A DNA stretch of 64,000 nt, taken from Anaerolineae bacterium. GTDB taxonomy: Bacteria > Chloroflexota > Anaerolineae > B4-G1 > SLSP01. The stretch covers positions 5,004 through 69,003 of the forward strand of contig JBNGCW010000013.1 of the NCBI GenBank assembly GCA_049975525.1, read 5' to 3'. This document shows, in pieces, positions 33,893 through 43,354 of this stretch (positions are counted from its first letter, which is position 1; every line of letters starts with the position of its first letter). The translations under genes were made by a program, and so were the position numbers. The notes beneath the pieces are model-generated. The model was given only the letters and a program-made list of their open reading frames with translations, made no database searches and was not told where the DNA came from.

Positions 33893-34094
33893 GCTCCTTT
33901 ACCCCCGTGACAGATTCTAGATTGCACGTTCACCTACTCCATGGCCTCGACTCTAAGTATAGAAGATTTGGGGATTTGAGCAACGGGAGGACGCAAAAAG
34001 AGCGGGGCCTGCGACCCTCTCGTCTTCTTCCCCGGCGGTAGTATAATGCCCCCAGATCCCGACAGCGCATCGCCAAGCGACAAAAGGAGAGTGG

Positions 34095-35603
34095 ATGACC
34101 GGATTACACCGCCCCACCCTGGCCCACCTCTGGGCTTTGACCGTGCTTGTGGGCGTCTTCGTCTTCGTCAACACCCACCCCATCCGCCCCCACGACTTCT
34201 GGTGGCACCTCAAAGTCGGCGAGCAGCTGGTCACCACCGGCGAAATCCCCACCACCGACACCTTCTCTTACACCCGCAGCGGTGCCCCGTACACCTTTTG
34301 GGTTTTTTGGCTGACCCAAGCCTGGTTTTACCTCGTCTATCGGCTGGGCGGTCCCCCGCTTCTCGTCTTGGCACACAGTTTGATCATCACCTCGGCTTAC
34401 GCGAGCGTCCTCTGGCTTGCCCGCGCCAAATCAGGCAGCTGGCGCGCGGCTGCGCTGGCAACCCTGGTCGCCGCCGCACTGGGGCTCAACGACTGGAATC
34501 TGCGCCCGCAGGCCATCGGCTTCCTCATGGCGTCCCTGATCCTGGTCGTCATCCATGGCTACGATCGCCGGGAGAGACCCTGGCTGCTGACGCTTATCCC
34601 GGCGAGCCTCTGGATCTGGGCCAACAGCCACGGCTCCTGGCCTATCGGCTTCGTGTTATTGGGACTCTGGCTGGCGCAGCGCGGTTGGTGCATTGTCCGC
34701 AGGCGTGTCGCCGGGGAGCAGTGGCAGCCGCAGCCGCTGATCGCCCCTGCGCTGACGCTGGGTGCCGGCGCGCTGGCACTGCTGCTTTCGCCCCACGGCT
34801 GGGCGCGGCTCGGCTACGTGACGCGCATGAGCACCGACCCCCGCATCCAGACGCTGATCCCGGAATGGGCCCCGCCCTCCCCCACGACGGGGATGGGCTT
34901 GCTCTTCTACGCTGCACTGCTGGGCAGCGCCGCCCTGCTGGCACTCTCACCGAGGCGCCCCTCCATCATGGAGCTGGGAGCGTTCCTCGCCTTCGGCGCG
35001 TTAGGTGTGCGCACCGCGCGGGGCGTGATCTGGTTCGGCCTGATCATGGCGCCGACGCTGGCGCGGCACCTGGACATGCTGGCAACCGAGGTCACCGCTC
35101 ACTTCCACCTCACGTCTCCGCCGACGACGGAGCACCCGGCCTTCAACCGCGCCATCGCGGGCCTGCTGCTGCTCGCCGCCGCGCTGACGCTGCCGTGGTT
35201 CAAGACCGCGCTGCCGCTGCCGCCGGAAAAAGCGAGCGTCCTCTCTGTAGCCGAGACACCCGTCGCAGCGACAGCGTACCTGCTGGAAGCACAGCCCCCC
35301 GGTCCGCTGTTCCACGACCTGGGTTTCGGCAGTTACCTCATCTGGGCCACCACGCCCGACTATCGGGTCTTCGTCGACACACGTATCGAGCTCTATCCCT
35401 ACGCGCTGTGGGAGGACTACATCGCCATCACCAACGCGGCTGAGGACTGGGAGGCACGGCTGGCGGACTATGGGGTGCAGACGCTACTGCTCAGCCGTCA
35501 GACGCAGGCGAAGCTCATCGAAGCGGCGGCGCGGTCACCGCGCTGGGAACAGCGCTACGCAGACGAGACAGCGGTGATCTTCGTGCGCCAAGGTCCGCAG
35601 TAA
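34095..35603 (+). CDS. Polytopic membrane protein, putative GT-C-fold glycosyltransferase (paralog 1)
   Basis: 12 or more hydrophobic segments. First-loop acidic motif HDFWWHLKVGE. Paralogous to 35704-37203 along its whole length. RBS aaaggagag. Confidence 0.7.
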   Translation: MTGLHRPTLAHLWALTVLVGVFVFVNTHPIRPHDFWWHLKVGEQLVTTGEIPTTDTFSYTRSGAPYTFWVFWLTQAWFYLVYRLGGPPLLVLAHSLIITSAYASVLWLARAKSGSWRAAALATLVAAALGLNDWNLRPQAIGFLMASLILVVIHGYDRRERPWLLTLIPASLWIWANSHGSWPIGFVLLGLWLAQRGWCIVRRRVAGEQWQPQPLIAPALTLGAGALALLLSPHGWARLGYVTRMSTDPRIQTLIPEWAPPSPTTGMGLLFYAALLGSAALLALSPRRPSIMELGAFLAFGALGVRTARGVIWFGLIMAPTLARHLDMLATEVTAHFHLTSPPTTEHPAFNRAIAGLLLLAAALTLPWFKTALPLPPEKASVLSVAETPVAATAYLLEAQPPGPLFHDLGFGSYLIWATTPDYRVFVDTRIELYPYALWEDYIAITNAAEDWEARLADYGVQTLLLSRQTQAKLIEAAARSPRWEQRYADETAVIFVRQGPQ

Positions 35604-35703
35604 GCCACCAAGCCTGTCGGCGGCGTGACCTCAAAACGCGATTCCACCCGCCATACCCAAGCACCCCCCCAACGGGATGGATGGCTACATCGCGCCTCGA
35701 ACA

Positions 35704-37203
35704 TCAGCGCTTGCGCCAGATCTCCGCGAACTCGTCCCGGTACTCGCGCTCCCACGCCGGGGCCGAGGCCAGCACCCGCGCCAACTCCTCCTGGCTTTCC
35801 CGATCCAACAGCACGCGGTCGGCGCCGTAGGCCTCCAGCAGTTCCAGCGAGCGCACACCGTCGCCGATGCGGATGTAATCCTCCCACATCTCCAGCGGAT
35901 AGAGTTCCACGCGGGGATCGATGAAGACACCCTGGTCCGGCAGCGCCCAGATCAGATAGCTGCCGTAGCCCATCTCATTGAAGAGTCGCCCGCCGGGGTT
36001 GGCCCACAGGTACGCCACCGCGCCCAACGGCGTGGAGGTGCGCAGCAGCGGGCCTTGAGGCACGTCGCGCCAGACGCCCTCCCAGTAGGTCTCCGGCAGG
36101 GGAAGACGCTCGACCCACCAGGGCTGCACCAGCAGCACCGGCACGAAGAGCAGCAGCGCCAACACCAGATTGAGCAGGTTGCGCTGCGCGGCGAAGATGG
36201 GCCGGGGCAGCGGTAACTCCTCCACCGCCCGGGCCAACAGCGGCATCACCGCCCAGCCATACCAGATGACGTAGCGTTGCCCGCTCCACGCCAGCCAGAG
36301 AAAGCCGGCGGTCAGCAGCACGTCGGTGGGTGTCAGCCGGTAGCGGGTGTACGCCAGGACGAAAAGCAGCAGCAACACACTGACGTAGAAGACGGTGTTG
36401 GGAATGCCGGTGGGCGCGGGCGACTGCCACTCAACGACCAGCTGTTGGCTGGGCGGATCGGTCATCAGGCCCCAGACGTAGGCGACGATGTCCACGCCGC
36501 GCGGGTTGATCAGGGTGGCGAGGCCAGTGAGCAGCCCCACACCCGCCAGCGCCCCGATCTCGGGCCAGGGTCGCGCCTCCGACAGGCGCAGCGCCGTGCG
36601 CAGCAGCTCGCCCACGCCGAAGATGCCCAGCAGCGCCAGCCCCAGCACGAAGGCGCCGTGGGCATTAACCCAGAAGATCATCAGCGGCGGGAGAAGCAGC
36701 AGCCACGTCCAGCGCAGGTCGCCCGCCGCGTAGCGCGTCAGCAGCAGCAGAAAGCACATAAAGGGCAGCCACGACCAGATCTGCGGGCGGACGATGAGGT
36801 TGTTGAGCGACATCCCGGCGGCGAGCGCCAGCGCCGGCGCCGCCAGCCGCCACGATCCACTGCGCAGACGGGCGAGATAGGTCATGAGCCAGAAGGCAAT
36901 GAGCAGCAACACCGTGCGGGCGAAGAGCGTCAGCGCCACCCCACCCCAGCGGTAGAGCAGGTAGAGCAGATATTGACCCAGCCACGCCCCGTAGAAAAAA
37001 GGCGCGTCGGCGGGCAGCGTCCAGGCGAAGAGATTGGTCGCAGGAACGCGCCCCGTGGTGTAGATAAGCTCCCCGATCTTGAGGTGCCACCAGTAGTCGT
37101 TGGGCGGCAGGGGGACGAGGGAGACGTAGACGCCAAAGCCCGCCAGGATGACCAGGGGCCAGAGGAGGTCGAGATCAACACACAGGCGCTCACGAAAAGA
37201 CAT
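35704..37203 (-). CDS. Polytopic membrane protein, putative GT-C-fold glycosyltransferase (paralog 2)
   Basis: NDYWWHLKIGE, FWVNAHGAFVLGLALLG and GYGSYLIWALPDQGVFIDPRVELYPLEMWEDYI match paralog 1. Start moved to ATG 37203 (MSFRERL) to avoid a 92-nt overlap with the upstream gene. Confidence 0.7.
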   Translation of the reverse strand: MSFRERLCVDLDLLWPLVILAGFGVYVSLVPLPPNDYWWHLKIGELIYTTGRVPATNLFAWTLPADAPFFYGAWLGQYLLYLLYRWGGVALTLFARTVLLLIAFWLMTYLARLRSGSWRLAAPALALAAGMSLNNLIVRPQIWSWLPFMCFLLLLTRYAAGDLRWTWLLLLPPLMIFWVNAHGAFVLGLALLGIFGVGELLRTALRLSEARPWPEIGALAGVGLLTGLATLINPRGVDIVAYVWGLMTDPPSQQLVVEWQSPAPTGIPNTVFYVSVLLLLFVLAYTRYRLTPTDVLLTAGFLWLAWSGQRYVIWYGWAVMPLLARAVEELPLPRPIFAAQRNLLNLVLALLLFVPVLLVQPWWVERLPLPETYWEGVWRDVPQGPLLRTSTPLGAVAYLWANPGGRLFNEMGYGSYLIWALPDQGVFIDPRVELYPLEMWEDYIRIGDGVRSLELLEAYGADRVLLDRESQEELARVLASAPAWEREYRDEFAEIWRKR

Positions 37204-37210
37204 CTTCTGG

Positions 37211-39202
37211 CTACTCCTGCAGAACGATGTGCCCCACCACAAACTCTTCTCCCACGCGGGAGCGCTCGTCTGTGGCGTCCGCTTCGATGTGACTGCTGTC
37301 ATACCAGCCTACAGAAAGCCGGTACGCGCCGGAAGCAAGTCCGTCGGGAGCCTTGATCTCAAAAACTTCATGCACCACTTCGCCCAGGGACCACTCGACG
37401 GTGGGATGCAGCGCCAGGGTCGGCAGATGCGGATAGCGCCCGTGCTCCACGCCTTCCAGGCGGGAGACAGCCAACAGCCTCGGCTCATCATCCAGAGGAC
37501 GCAGCGGCATCCAGGTATACATCAATCGAAAACGCCTTTCCTCAACATCGACAGGCGTGACCTCCGCCGCCAACAATGCGATGGCGTCGCCGAAAACCGC
37601 CAGAGGCTCAGAACTCTCCGCTGAATCCAGCGGTTCTGCCGTGATCTCATAGTTCAAGGCTTGCTTCAAAGGATCGTCTTTACCAAAAAGCAACAGCCCA
37701 TCTTGCGCAGCGAGCAGGTGAAAGTCGGGATGCGTCGCCACATCCACAATGGCCGGCAGATCGTGCAGCACGCCGCCCAACACCACCCCCTCCTCAAGGG
37801 GCATGGCGAAATCGTACAGGGCGTCATTGACGACGTAGTCCACCCTCTCCAGGTGCTCCAGGAAAGCCTCCTGCTGCAGATCCGCGTGTCCGGGATAGCG
37901 GTTCATAAAGACCGTCCGACGATTGATCAGGTGGGGGGCAAACAGACCCACCGTCGCCAGAGGAGCGTCAGGAGGCACATGCTCATCCAACCAGCGATCC
38001 TTGAAGCGGTCCCGGGGCTGCTGCCCGTACTTCAGATCGTTGATGCCCCAGTGGGGCCTGTCCAACCAGAACTGCGGGTTCAACGGTGTGTCCACAAGAA
38101 TGATGTTGAACACCAGCGTCAGCGCCCCCAGAAAGAGCAGCTCGCTGCGCCAGGGCCGGCCCACGCGAGACGCCCCGGCGGCTCTCTGACGGCGTCGCAG
38201 TTCCACCGCGCCGTAGATCGCCGCCAACACAAAGAAGGGCACAGAAAGCGCGTAGTGGTGAAAGCGATAATCGTACGCGGCCACTTTTCCGACGCTGGCA
38301 ATAGCAGGCAGTGCAATGGAGAGCGCAGGTAAAAGCCATGTCCACGCGTATCGTCCCAGAAAAAGGCCGGGCAAGAGCACGATAAACGCCGTCCCCAGCC
38401 GCTGCACCAGCGTCTGGAGCAGATAAGCGCTATCCAGGCCCCCAAAGTAGAACCAGAGATAGCTAAAAACGTTTTCGGAGGACGCTTCAACCTGACCGGA
38501 AGGGAAGGCGGGACGGATCACCAGCATCGCCACGGCCAGCCAGCCCACCGCCGCCAGCGTCGTCAGCACCCCGGCGCGCCGCTCGCCCTCCAGATAGAGC
38601 ACCAGCCCCAGGGCCGCCACGGGCAGCGCCACGTAGATCTTGCAGAGCAACGCCAGCCCTACCCAGACGCCGTAACGCCGCCAGGCGCGCTGATCCAACG
38701 CGTCCAGCGCAAAAGCCAGGAGCGGCATCCCCAGCGTATCCCCGTGGAAATCGAAGAGCACCGCCGTCTGCGCCGTGGTGTAGAAAAGATAAATAAAGGT
38801 GCAGACGCGCACCAGGTTGCGGTCGGCAAAGTAACGCGAGGCGATGCGGTAGATGGGCCACGCCCCGGCGGCAAACAGCCCCGCCTGCAGGATCAACAAC
38901 AGCCGCGGATCGGGGAAGAGCGCATAGAGCGGCGCGATCAGGAAAAAGATCACCTCCATGTGCCAGCCCAGCCGGCTGAAATTCCCGCCCTGGCGCGTGT
39001 ACTCCAGCGGATACCCCTGCGTGGCGCTCCAGATCGCCTGGGACATATTGCCCAGGTCCAACATCCCGGCGTTGTAGCCGGTGTAGCGGAGGACGCTCAA
39101 CGTCGCCAGCAGCACAGCGACGGTGACGACGACACCCAGGGTGAGCCCGTCGATTTTTCGTTTTCGATTCGAGCCAATCATTGTCTCAGCCCTTACCTCC
39201 AT
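37211..39202 (-). CDS. DUF2079-family polytopic membrane protein (probable envelope glycan-related)
   Basis: GYNAGMLDLGNMSQAIWSATQG...LGWHMEVIFFLIAPLYALFPDPRLLLILQAGLFAAGAWPIY matches the DUF2079 signature as I remember it. Alternative start at 39181. Confidence 0.7.
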   Translation of the reverse strand: MEVRAETMIGSNRKRKIDGLTLGVVVTVAVLLATLSVLRYTGYNAGMLDLGNMSQAIWSATQGYPLEYTRQGGNFSRLGWHMEVIFFLIAPLYALFPDPRLLLILQAGLFAAGAWPIYRIASRYFADRNLVRVCTFIYLFYTTAQTAVLFDFHGDTLGMPLLAFALDALDQRAWRRYGVWVGLALLCKIYVALPVAALGLVLYLEGERRAGVLTTLAAVGWLAVAMLVIRPAFPSGQVEASSENVFSYLWFYFGGLDSAYLLQTLVQRLGTAFIVLLPGLFLGRYAWTWLLPALSIALPAIASVGKVAAYDYRFHHYALSVPFFVLAAIYGAVELRRRQRAAGASRVGRPWRSELLFLGALTLVFNIILVDTPLNPQFWLDRPHWGINDLKYGQQPRDRFKDRWLDEHVPPDAPLATVGLFAPHLINRRTVFMNRYPGHADLQQEAFLEHLERVDYVVNDALYDFAMPLEEGVVLGGVLHDLPAIVDVATHPDFHLLAAQDGLLLFGKDDPLKQALNYEITAEPLDSAESSEPLAVFGDAIALLAAEVTPVDVEERRFRLMYTWMPLRPLDDEPRLLAVSRLEGVEHGRYPHLPTLALHPTVEWSLGEVVHEVFEIKAPDGLASGAYRLSVGWYDSSHIEADATDERSRVGEEFVVGHIVLQE

Positions 39203-40718
39203 AGGGTTGATTGACCGCGTAAAGTTTTTCCTCCAACTCGTCCTGCAACACCCGACACGTCACCCAGGTTGGATCATACAAATCCCGCAGCTCTTCGGGA
39301 TCCGCAACCAAATCATACAGTTCATACTCACTCTCATAGCCGGGATAGCCTCGATAATGGATCAGCTTATAGCGTCCTTTGATCATGGCCAGCGTCACCC
39401 TCTGCAGCGGCGCGTCATAAGGATTGGAGCGGGCTTCAACCGCAAAGACACTGCGGTCCTCATCGACGGGCGTCTCCCGAAATCCGGGTAACACTTCACC
39501 CTCACACCAGGTCGGTATAGGTTGATCTGCCGCCTCCAACAAGGTGGGCAACACGTCTACCGCGCTGGTTGGCATCTCTACGTCCACTCGCCGTTCCTGG
39601 CCAGGCCAGGAGATCAACAAAGGGACCCGAATGATGGATTCGTACAAGGTTGGAGTGGAATGAAAAATGATACCGCGCTCAAACATCTCTCCGTGATCCG
39701 AGGTGACGATAAGGCAGGTGTTTTCCAACATGCCGGATCGAGATAAATTGTCGTAAAGCCGCCCGAATTCTCGATCCACGTAGGCCACGTACTCATCGTA
39801 CTCCCGGCACTTCTGTCGCATGACCGCTTCTGAATGCCCATCACTGAAAAAGTGTGGCGGCTTAGAAGGCAACACGCCCTCATCCTGAAACTTTCCCACG
39901 AATTCGGAGGGAGCATTGTAAGGGTAATGGGGAGGTGAAAAGTGAAAGTAGCCCAGGAAAGGTTGCGGCAAGGTTCGCAAATGCTCACTCAACCACGCCA
40001 TGGCGTCTTCGAGCAGGAAGATCTGCTCGTGATGCATGGGCAAACCCCGTGGGAAACGCTCTTTATACTGTTCCTGGATCCTTTTTTTGCGTTCAAGCCA
40101 AATTTTCCGATTCACAAAATAGTAGAAAGGGGAAGAGGGAAGACTGCGAACATTCTCACCACCGCGAAACAAACGCTCCCGCCAGACTGCCACATCATAG
40201 TCACCGAGGAACAGACGGTCTGAAAGTTGATGGTCCAGCAGACAGAGATCCCGTGTTTTCTTAAAATGATCGATGTCCTCGAAGAAGCTATAGAAAAGGG
40301 TTGACGCCACCAGATTGTGCGAATAGGTAAGACTGTAATACTTGTCTGAGGCCAAGGTGGCAAAGAGACTTCGCCGATGGTAAGGCGGCAACACGGAGGA
40401 AAAGAGAGCTAACGCGCGATGCGTCCAGGGATAGGTTCCCGTCAACAGCGACGCCGTCCCCGGATTGGTGAAGTTGCCGGCGGCGTAATGAGCATGGTAG
40501 ACAGTCGCCCGTTCGGCAAACCGAGACAAATTGGGCGTCGTCTCTCTGGGATAACCGTGGAGCGAGGCGTGCTTCGCCGAAAAGGTATCAAACACCAAAA
40601 TCAAAATGTTCGGCAAATCCGTGGCGTTCTGCACCCCTCGCTCACGCCGGGGCGTGTTCCGTAGCAGATAAGCCAGCGGCAACGCACCCAGCAGCTTGAG
40701 GAACTCACGTCGATCCAT
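39186..40718 (-). CDS. Tat-exported sulfatase-like hydrolase/transferase (alkaline-phosphatase superfamily) lacking the Cys/Ser-x-Pro-x-Arg formylglycine motif
   Basis: Twin-arginine signal MDRREFLKLLGALPLAYL. PNILILVFDTFSAKHASLHGY sits at the position of the sulfatase signature. SDHGEMF metal-binding motif. Confidence 0.8.
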   Translation of the reverse strand: MDRREFLKLLGALPLAYLLRNTPRRERGVQNATDLPNILILVFDTFSAKHASLHGYPRETTPNLSRFAERATVYHAHYAAGNFTNPGTASLLTGTYPWTHRALALFSSVLPPYHRRSLFATLASDKYYSLTYSHNLVASTLFYSFFEDIDHFKKTRDLCLLDHQLSDRLFLGDYDVAVWRERLFRGGENVRSLPSSPFYYFVNRKIWLERKKRIQEQYKERFPRGLPMHHEQIFLLEDAMAWLSEHLRTLPQPFLGYFHFSPPHYPYNAPSEFVGKFQDEGVLPSKPPHFFSDGHSEAVMRQKCREYDEYVAYVDREFGRLYDNLSRSGMLENTCLIVTSDHGEMFERGIIFHSTPTLYESIIRVPLLISWPGQERRVDVEMPTSAVDVLPTLLEAADQPIPTWCEGEVLPGFRETPVDEDRSVFAVEARSNPYDAPLQRVTLAMIKGRYKLIHYRGYPGYESEYELYDLVADPEELRDLYDPTWVTCRVLQDELEEKLYAVNQPYGGKG

Positions 40719-40739
40719 TTTAGCCTCCCTAAGACAAAC

Positions 40740-41273
40740 TTATGGGATATTCCTTACCATTACAATCAATAAACTCACGACGTCGAGGAGCAAAAAGAAC
40801 GCCGCGAGGACGGTAAGGCGCTCCAGGAACTCCCACCATACCTCTCGCACTCGCCGGTACTTGATGGCGAAATACGTCAACCCCAACATCGCCACCAGCC
40901 CCAACAGCCAAAGGTTCAACATCATCCCCGAAATTGTCAACCCCATACTACCGTAAATCAAAAGAAAAACGATTAAAGTTGCCATGGTGACAAAATCCAG
41001 AGAAAAAAGATCTCTCGGCAACAGATAGGTCAATGCCCACACAAGCATGAAGAGTCCCAGGCTTTCTATCAAAGCAAACGTCAGCGCGTAGGAGGCGACG
41101 CCGACGATATCCCACACATACATTCGCATTCTTAAGGAAGGCAGCTCCCACAACACGCTGTAAATGGCCACCGTGTTAACGATTGACAGCACTATCACAA
41201 ACACAGAGATCGTCTCCTGGCGCTCAGGCAGACGTCGTCTAAAGATATCCAAGGCTTTCCAACCTCCGTTCAA
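40740..41273 (-). CDS. Hypothetical membrane protein (5-6 TM)
   Basis: Hydrophobic throughout, co-directional, 35-nt overlap with the upstream gene. No motif recognised. Confidence 0.5.
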   Translation of the reverse strand: MNGGWKALDIFRRRLPERQETISVFVIVLSIVNTVAIYSVLWELPSLRMRMYVWDIVGVASYALTFALIESLGLFMLVWALTYLLPRDLFSLDFVTMATLIVFLLIYGSMGLTISGMMLNLWLLGLVAMLGLTYFAIKYRRVREVWWEFLERLTVLAAFFLLLDVVSLLIVMVRNIP

Positions 41274-43074
41274 CTTCGTCTCGGCCTTCCCCTTGAGGCG
41301 CCTGTGGAGGCCGGGGGACGTTTTGGGTAGGTGCCGTCCCTATCGTGAGCGCCGGGATATCCCGATACGAAAGAGAAGCATAAGCATCAAGGGACTGGTT
41401 GGTGAATAACACCCCCGGAACCTCCCGATAATCCATACAATGATCGGCACTCCATAGATCCCGATTCTCTACTACAGAAGATTCCGCCCACTTTCCCAAT
41501 CCCGTCTCGGGCGAGGCTCGAAAGCCACGCGCATAACCCACGACCAGATCGGGGCCATGTGCGGTCAAGGAACCCTCGAAAGCCTCTTCCCGCCGCCACA
41601 CCCCCGAGACAATGGCGTCCCCTGCAGCAGACTTCCATCCCAGGAGTTTTGCTTTCAGAGCCTGCAACACACGTCCGGCCTCTTCAGGTAAGACCAAACC
41701 TTGAGACTCACGCCCGGCGAGATTCAAATACACGCTATTGAGGCCAAGGGCATAGGCTTGAGTGCGAGACCAATCCACGGCCTGAAGACCGTTCACCGCT
41801 TCAGAAGAAGTAGTACAGAGATACCCTTCTTCGAGGAGCCAGCGATTCAAATGCACTTTGTGATGGTAATCAGCAATGCCATGATCGGAGAGGATGACGA
41901 TCTTCGCATCCCTCGAATGAGCGGCCATCAACTCGCGTCCTATCTGACCTATCAGAGCGTCCAGTTTGACGTACCAGGCCTCGACCACCTCCGGTCGTCT
42001 GGCCCAAAAAACGTGCTGGATCCGATCCAGAGAATCGAAGACGGCGGCCAACAGGCCCTCGCGGAAGTTCTGCAACTGACTCAGAAAAATCTGCGAGCGT
42101 CGGGCAAAAATATCATCACAGAGCGCCAGGAACTGCTGCTCATCGATACAGCCATCCTCCAGTGCCGTGGTATCTTGAGGCATCCCCAGGGTCAAAAACG
42201 GTCCCTGTTCTTTCCACAGTCGCTTGGCAAAAGAAGCCGGCGCTGCATAGCGCCATAGGGGATGCAACGGATGAATCTGCAAAGGCATGACGTAAAGATG
42301 AACCTCCGGCGCAGTCTGGGTAAGAAGCACACGAGTCAGGGCATACAGACGTACAAAAAGCCCCAGCCTAAAGCTGAGTTCGAGAATCGGACTCCATTGT
42401 CCTTCGGTCAAACTGAACGTCTGTTTTTCGATGGTGAGGCGCGCCTCTCGGGAGCCGGTGACCTGAAGCGAAAAGGGCTGTTCCGCGGCCTTGCCGTCCC
42501 CTCCCCCTTTGCGTACCGGCCCTTCTAGCGTCCCCTGATAACAGTCTGCACCACAGGAACGCAGCGCTACCACCGGCGTCTTGCGGGTCTGGGGGAACGA
42601 CGCAGGATCAGAGGTATATACAACACCGACACCCAATCGTCCCTGGATATCCGGCGTTCCCAGTCCGGGTACGGTTCGCACCGGGATCTCCGGGCGAGCC
42701 GGAAACGTCGCAGGCCACCATAAGACCGTGGCAGGATAACCTCGACGCGCTACTTCCTCGAAAATAGTGGTCGCCGTGTGAGGGGGAATAAACCGAGTGC
42801 CCAGCACGTCTCGCTTTGTTTGAAGCAGCGAAAGATAAGGTCCATAGGTTTCAGGATCACGCTGTACGAAATCAAAGATCCCGTGTCGGCCCGGATTCAG
42901 GCCGGTCGCGATGCTGGTCCAGGAGACTTCGGACTGAGGGGGATTAGCCACCTCAAGGGGCGCATAGCCCCCCAAATCCGCGTATTGAGTCAGATTTGGA
43001 AGTCTTCCCCCCGCGGACAGACGTTCAAAGATGCGGGGATCAAAAGCATCCAGCCCAATAACCAAAGTCTTCAC
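41239..43074 (-). CDS. Alkaline-phosphatase superfamily protein (type I phosphodiesterase/nucleotide pyrophosphatase-like)
   Basis: N-terminal VIGLDAFDP, SWTSIATGLNPGRHGIFDF (Thr nucleophile region), LSDHGI. Confidence 0.8.
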   Translation of the reverse strand: MKTLVIGLDAFDPRIFERLSAGGRLPNLTQYADLGGYAPLEVANPPQSEVSWTSIATGLNPGRHGIFDFVQRDPETYGPYLSLLQTKRDVLGTRFIPPHTATTIFEEVARRGYPATVLWWPATFPARPEIPVRTVPGLGTPDIQGRLGVGVVYTSDPASFPQTRKTPVVALRSCGADCYQGTLEGPVRKGGGDGKAAEQPFSLQVTGSREARLTIEKQTFSLTEGQWSPILELSFRLGLFVRLYALTRVLLTQTAPEVHLYVMPLQIHPLHPLWRYAAPASFAKRLWKEQGPFLTLGMPQDTTALEDGCIDEQQFLALCDDIFARRSQIFLSQLQNFREGLLAAVFDSLDRIQHVFWARRPEVVEAWYVKLDALIGQIGRELMAAHSRDAKIVILSDHGIADYHHKVHLNRWLLEEGYLCTTSSEAVNGLQAVDWSRTQAYALGLNSVYLNLAGRESQGLVLPEEAGRVLQALKAKLLGWKSAAGDAIVSGVWRREEAFEGSLTAHGPDLVVGYARGFRASPETGLGKWAESSVVENRDLWSADHCMDYREVPGVLFTNQSLDAYASLSYRDIPALTIGTAPTQNVPRPPQAPQGEGRDEVERRLESLGYL

Positions 43075-43088
43075 CGTGTACCCCCGAA

Positions 43089-43262
43089 TTACAGCTCATC
43101 CACAGATTTACCACCGAATTTCTCCCGCAGAAAACGCCTGAACCTGGCCCACACTGCCCGAATCTGACGGGCAAAGAGCAACACCAGGCCGGAAAGCAGC
43201 GCGAATGCCGCGGCCAGAATCTGGAACAACATTCCCCCTGTATTCGGATCAATATATGCCAT
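43089..43262 (-). CDS. Small single-pass membrane protein (57 aa, MAYIDPNTGGMLFQ...)
   Basis: ATG 43262 lies 7 nt after GAAGGAG. One hydrophobic helix followed by a basic tail. Ends 15 nt before the downstream AP-family gene. Confidence 0.5.
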   Translation of the reverse strand: MAYIDPNTGGMLFQILAAAFALLSGLVLLFARQIRAVWARFRRFLREKFGGKSVDEL

Positions 43263-43324
43263 TATGTTTTCTCCTTCATACAATTTCTGCAGATAAAGAC
43301 TGTAAAATTCTTAAAATACCAAAA

Positions 43325-43348
43325 CAAGTCTTGACACCACTGAAAAAG
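43325..43348. repeat. Partial copy of repeat element type 2 (CAAGTCTTGACACCACTGAAAAAG)
   Basis: Matches the core of 43510-43535 and 13352-13377. Confidence 0.6.
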
Positions 43349-43354
43349 ATTATG

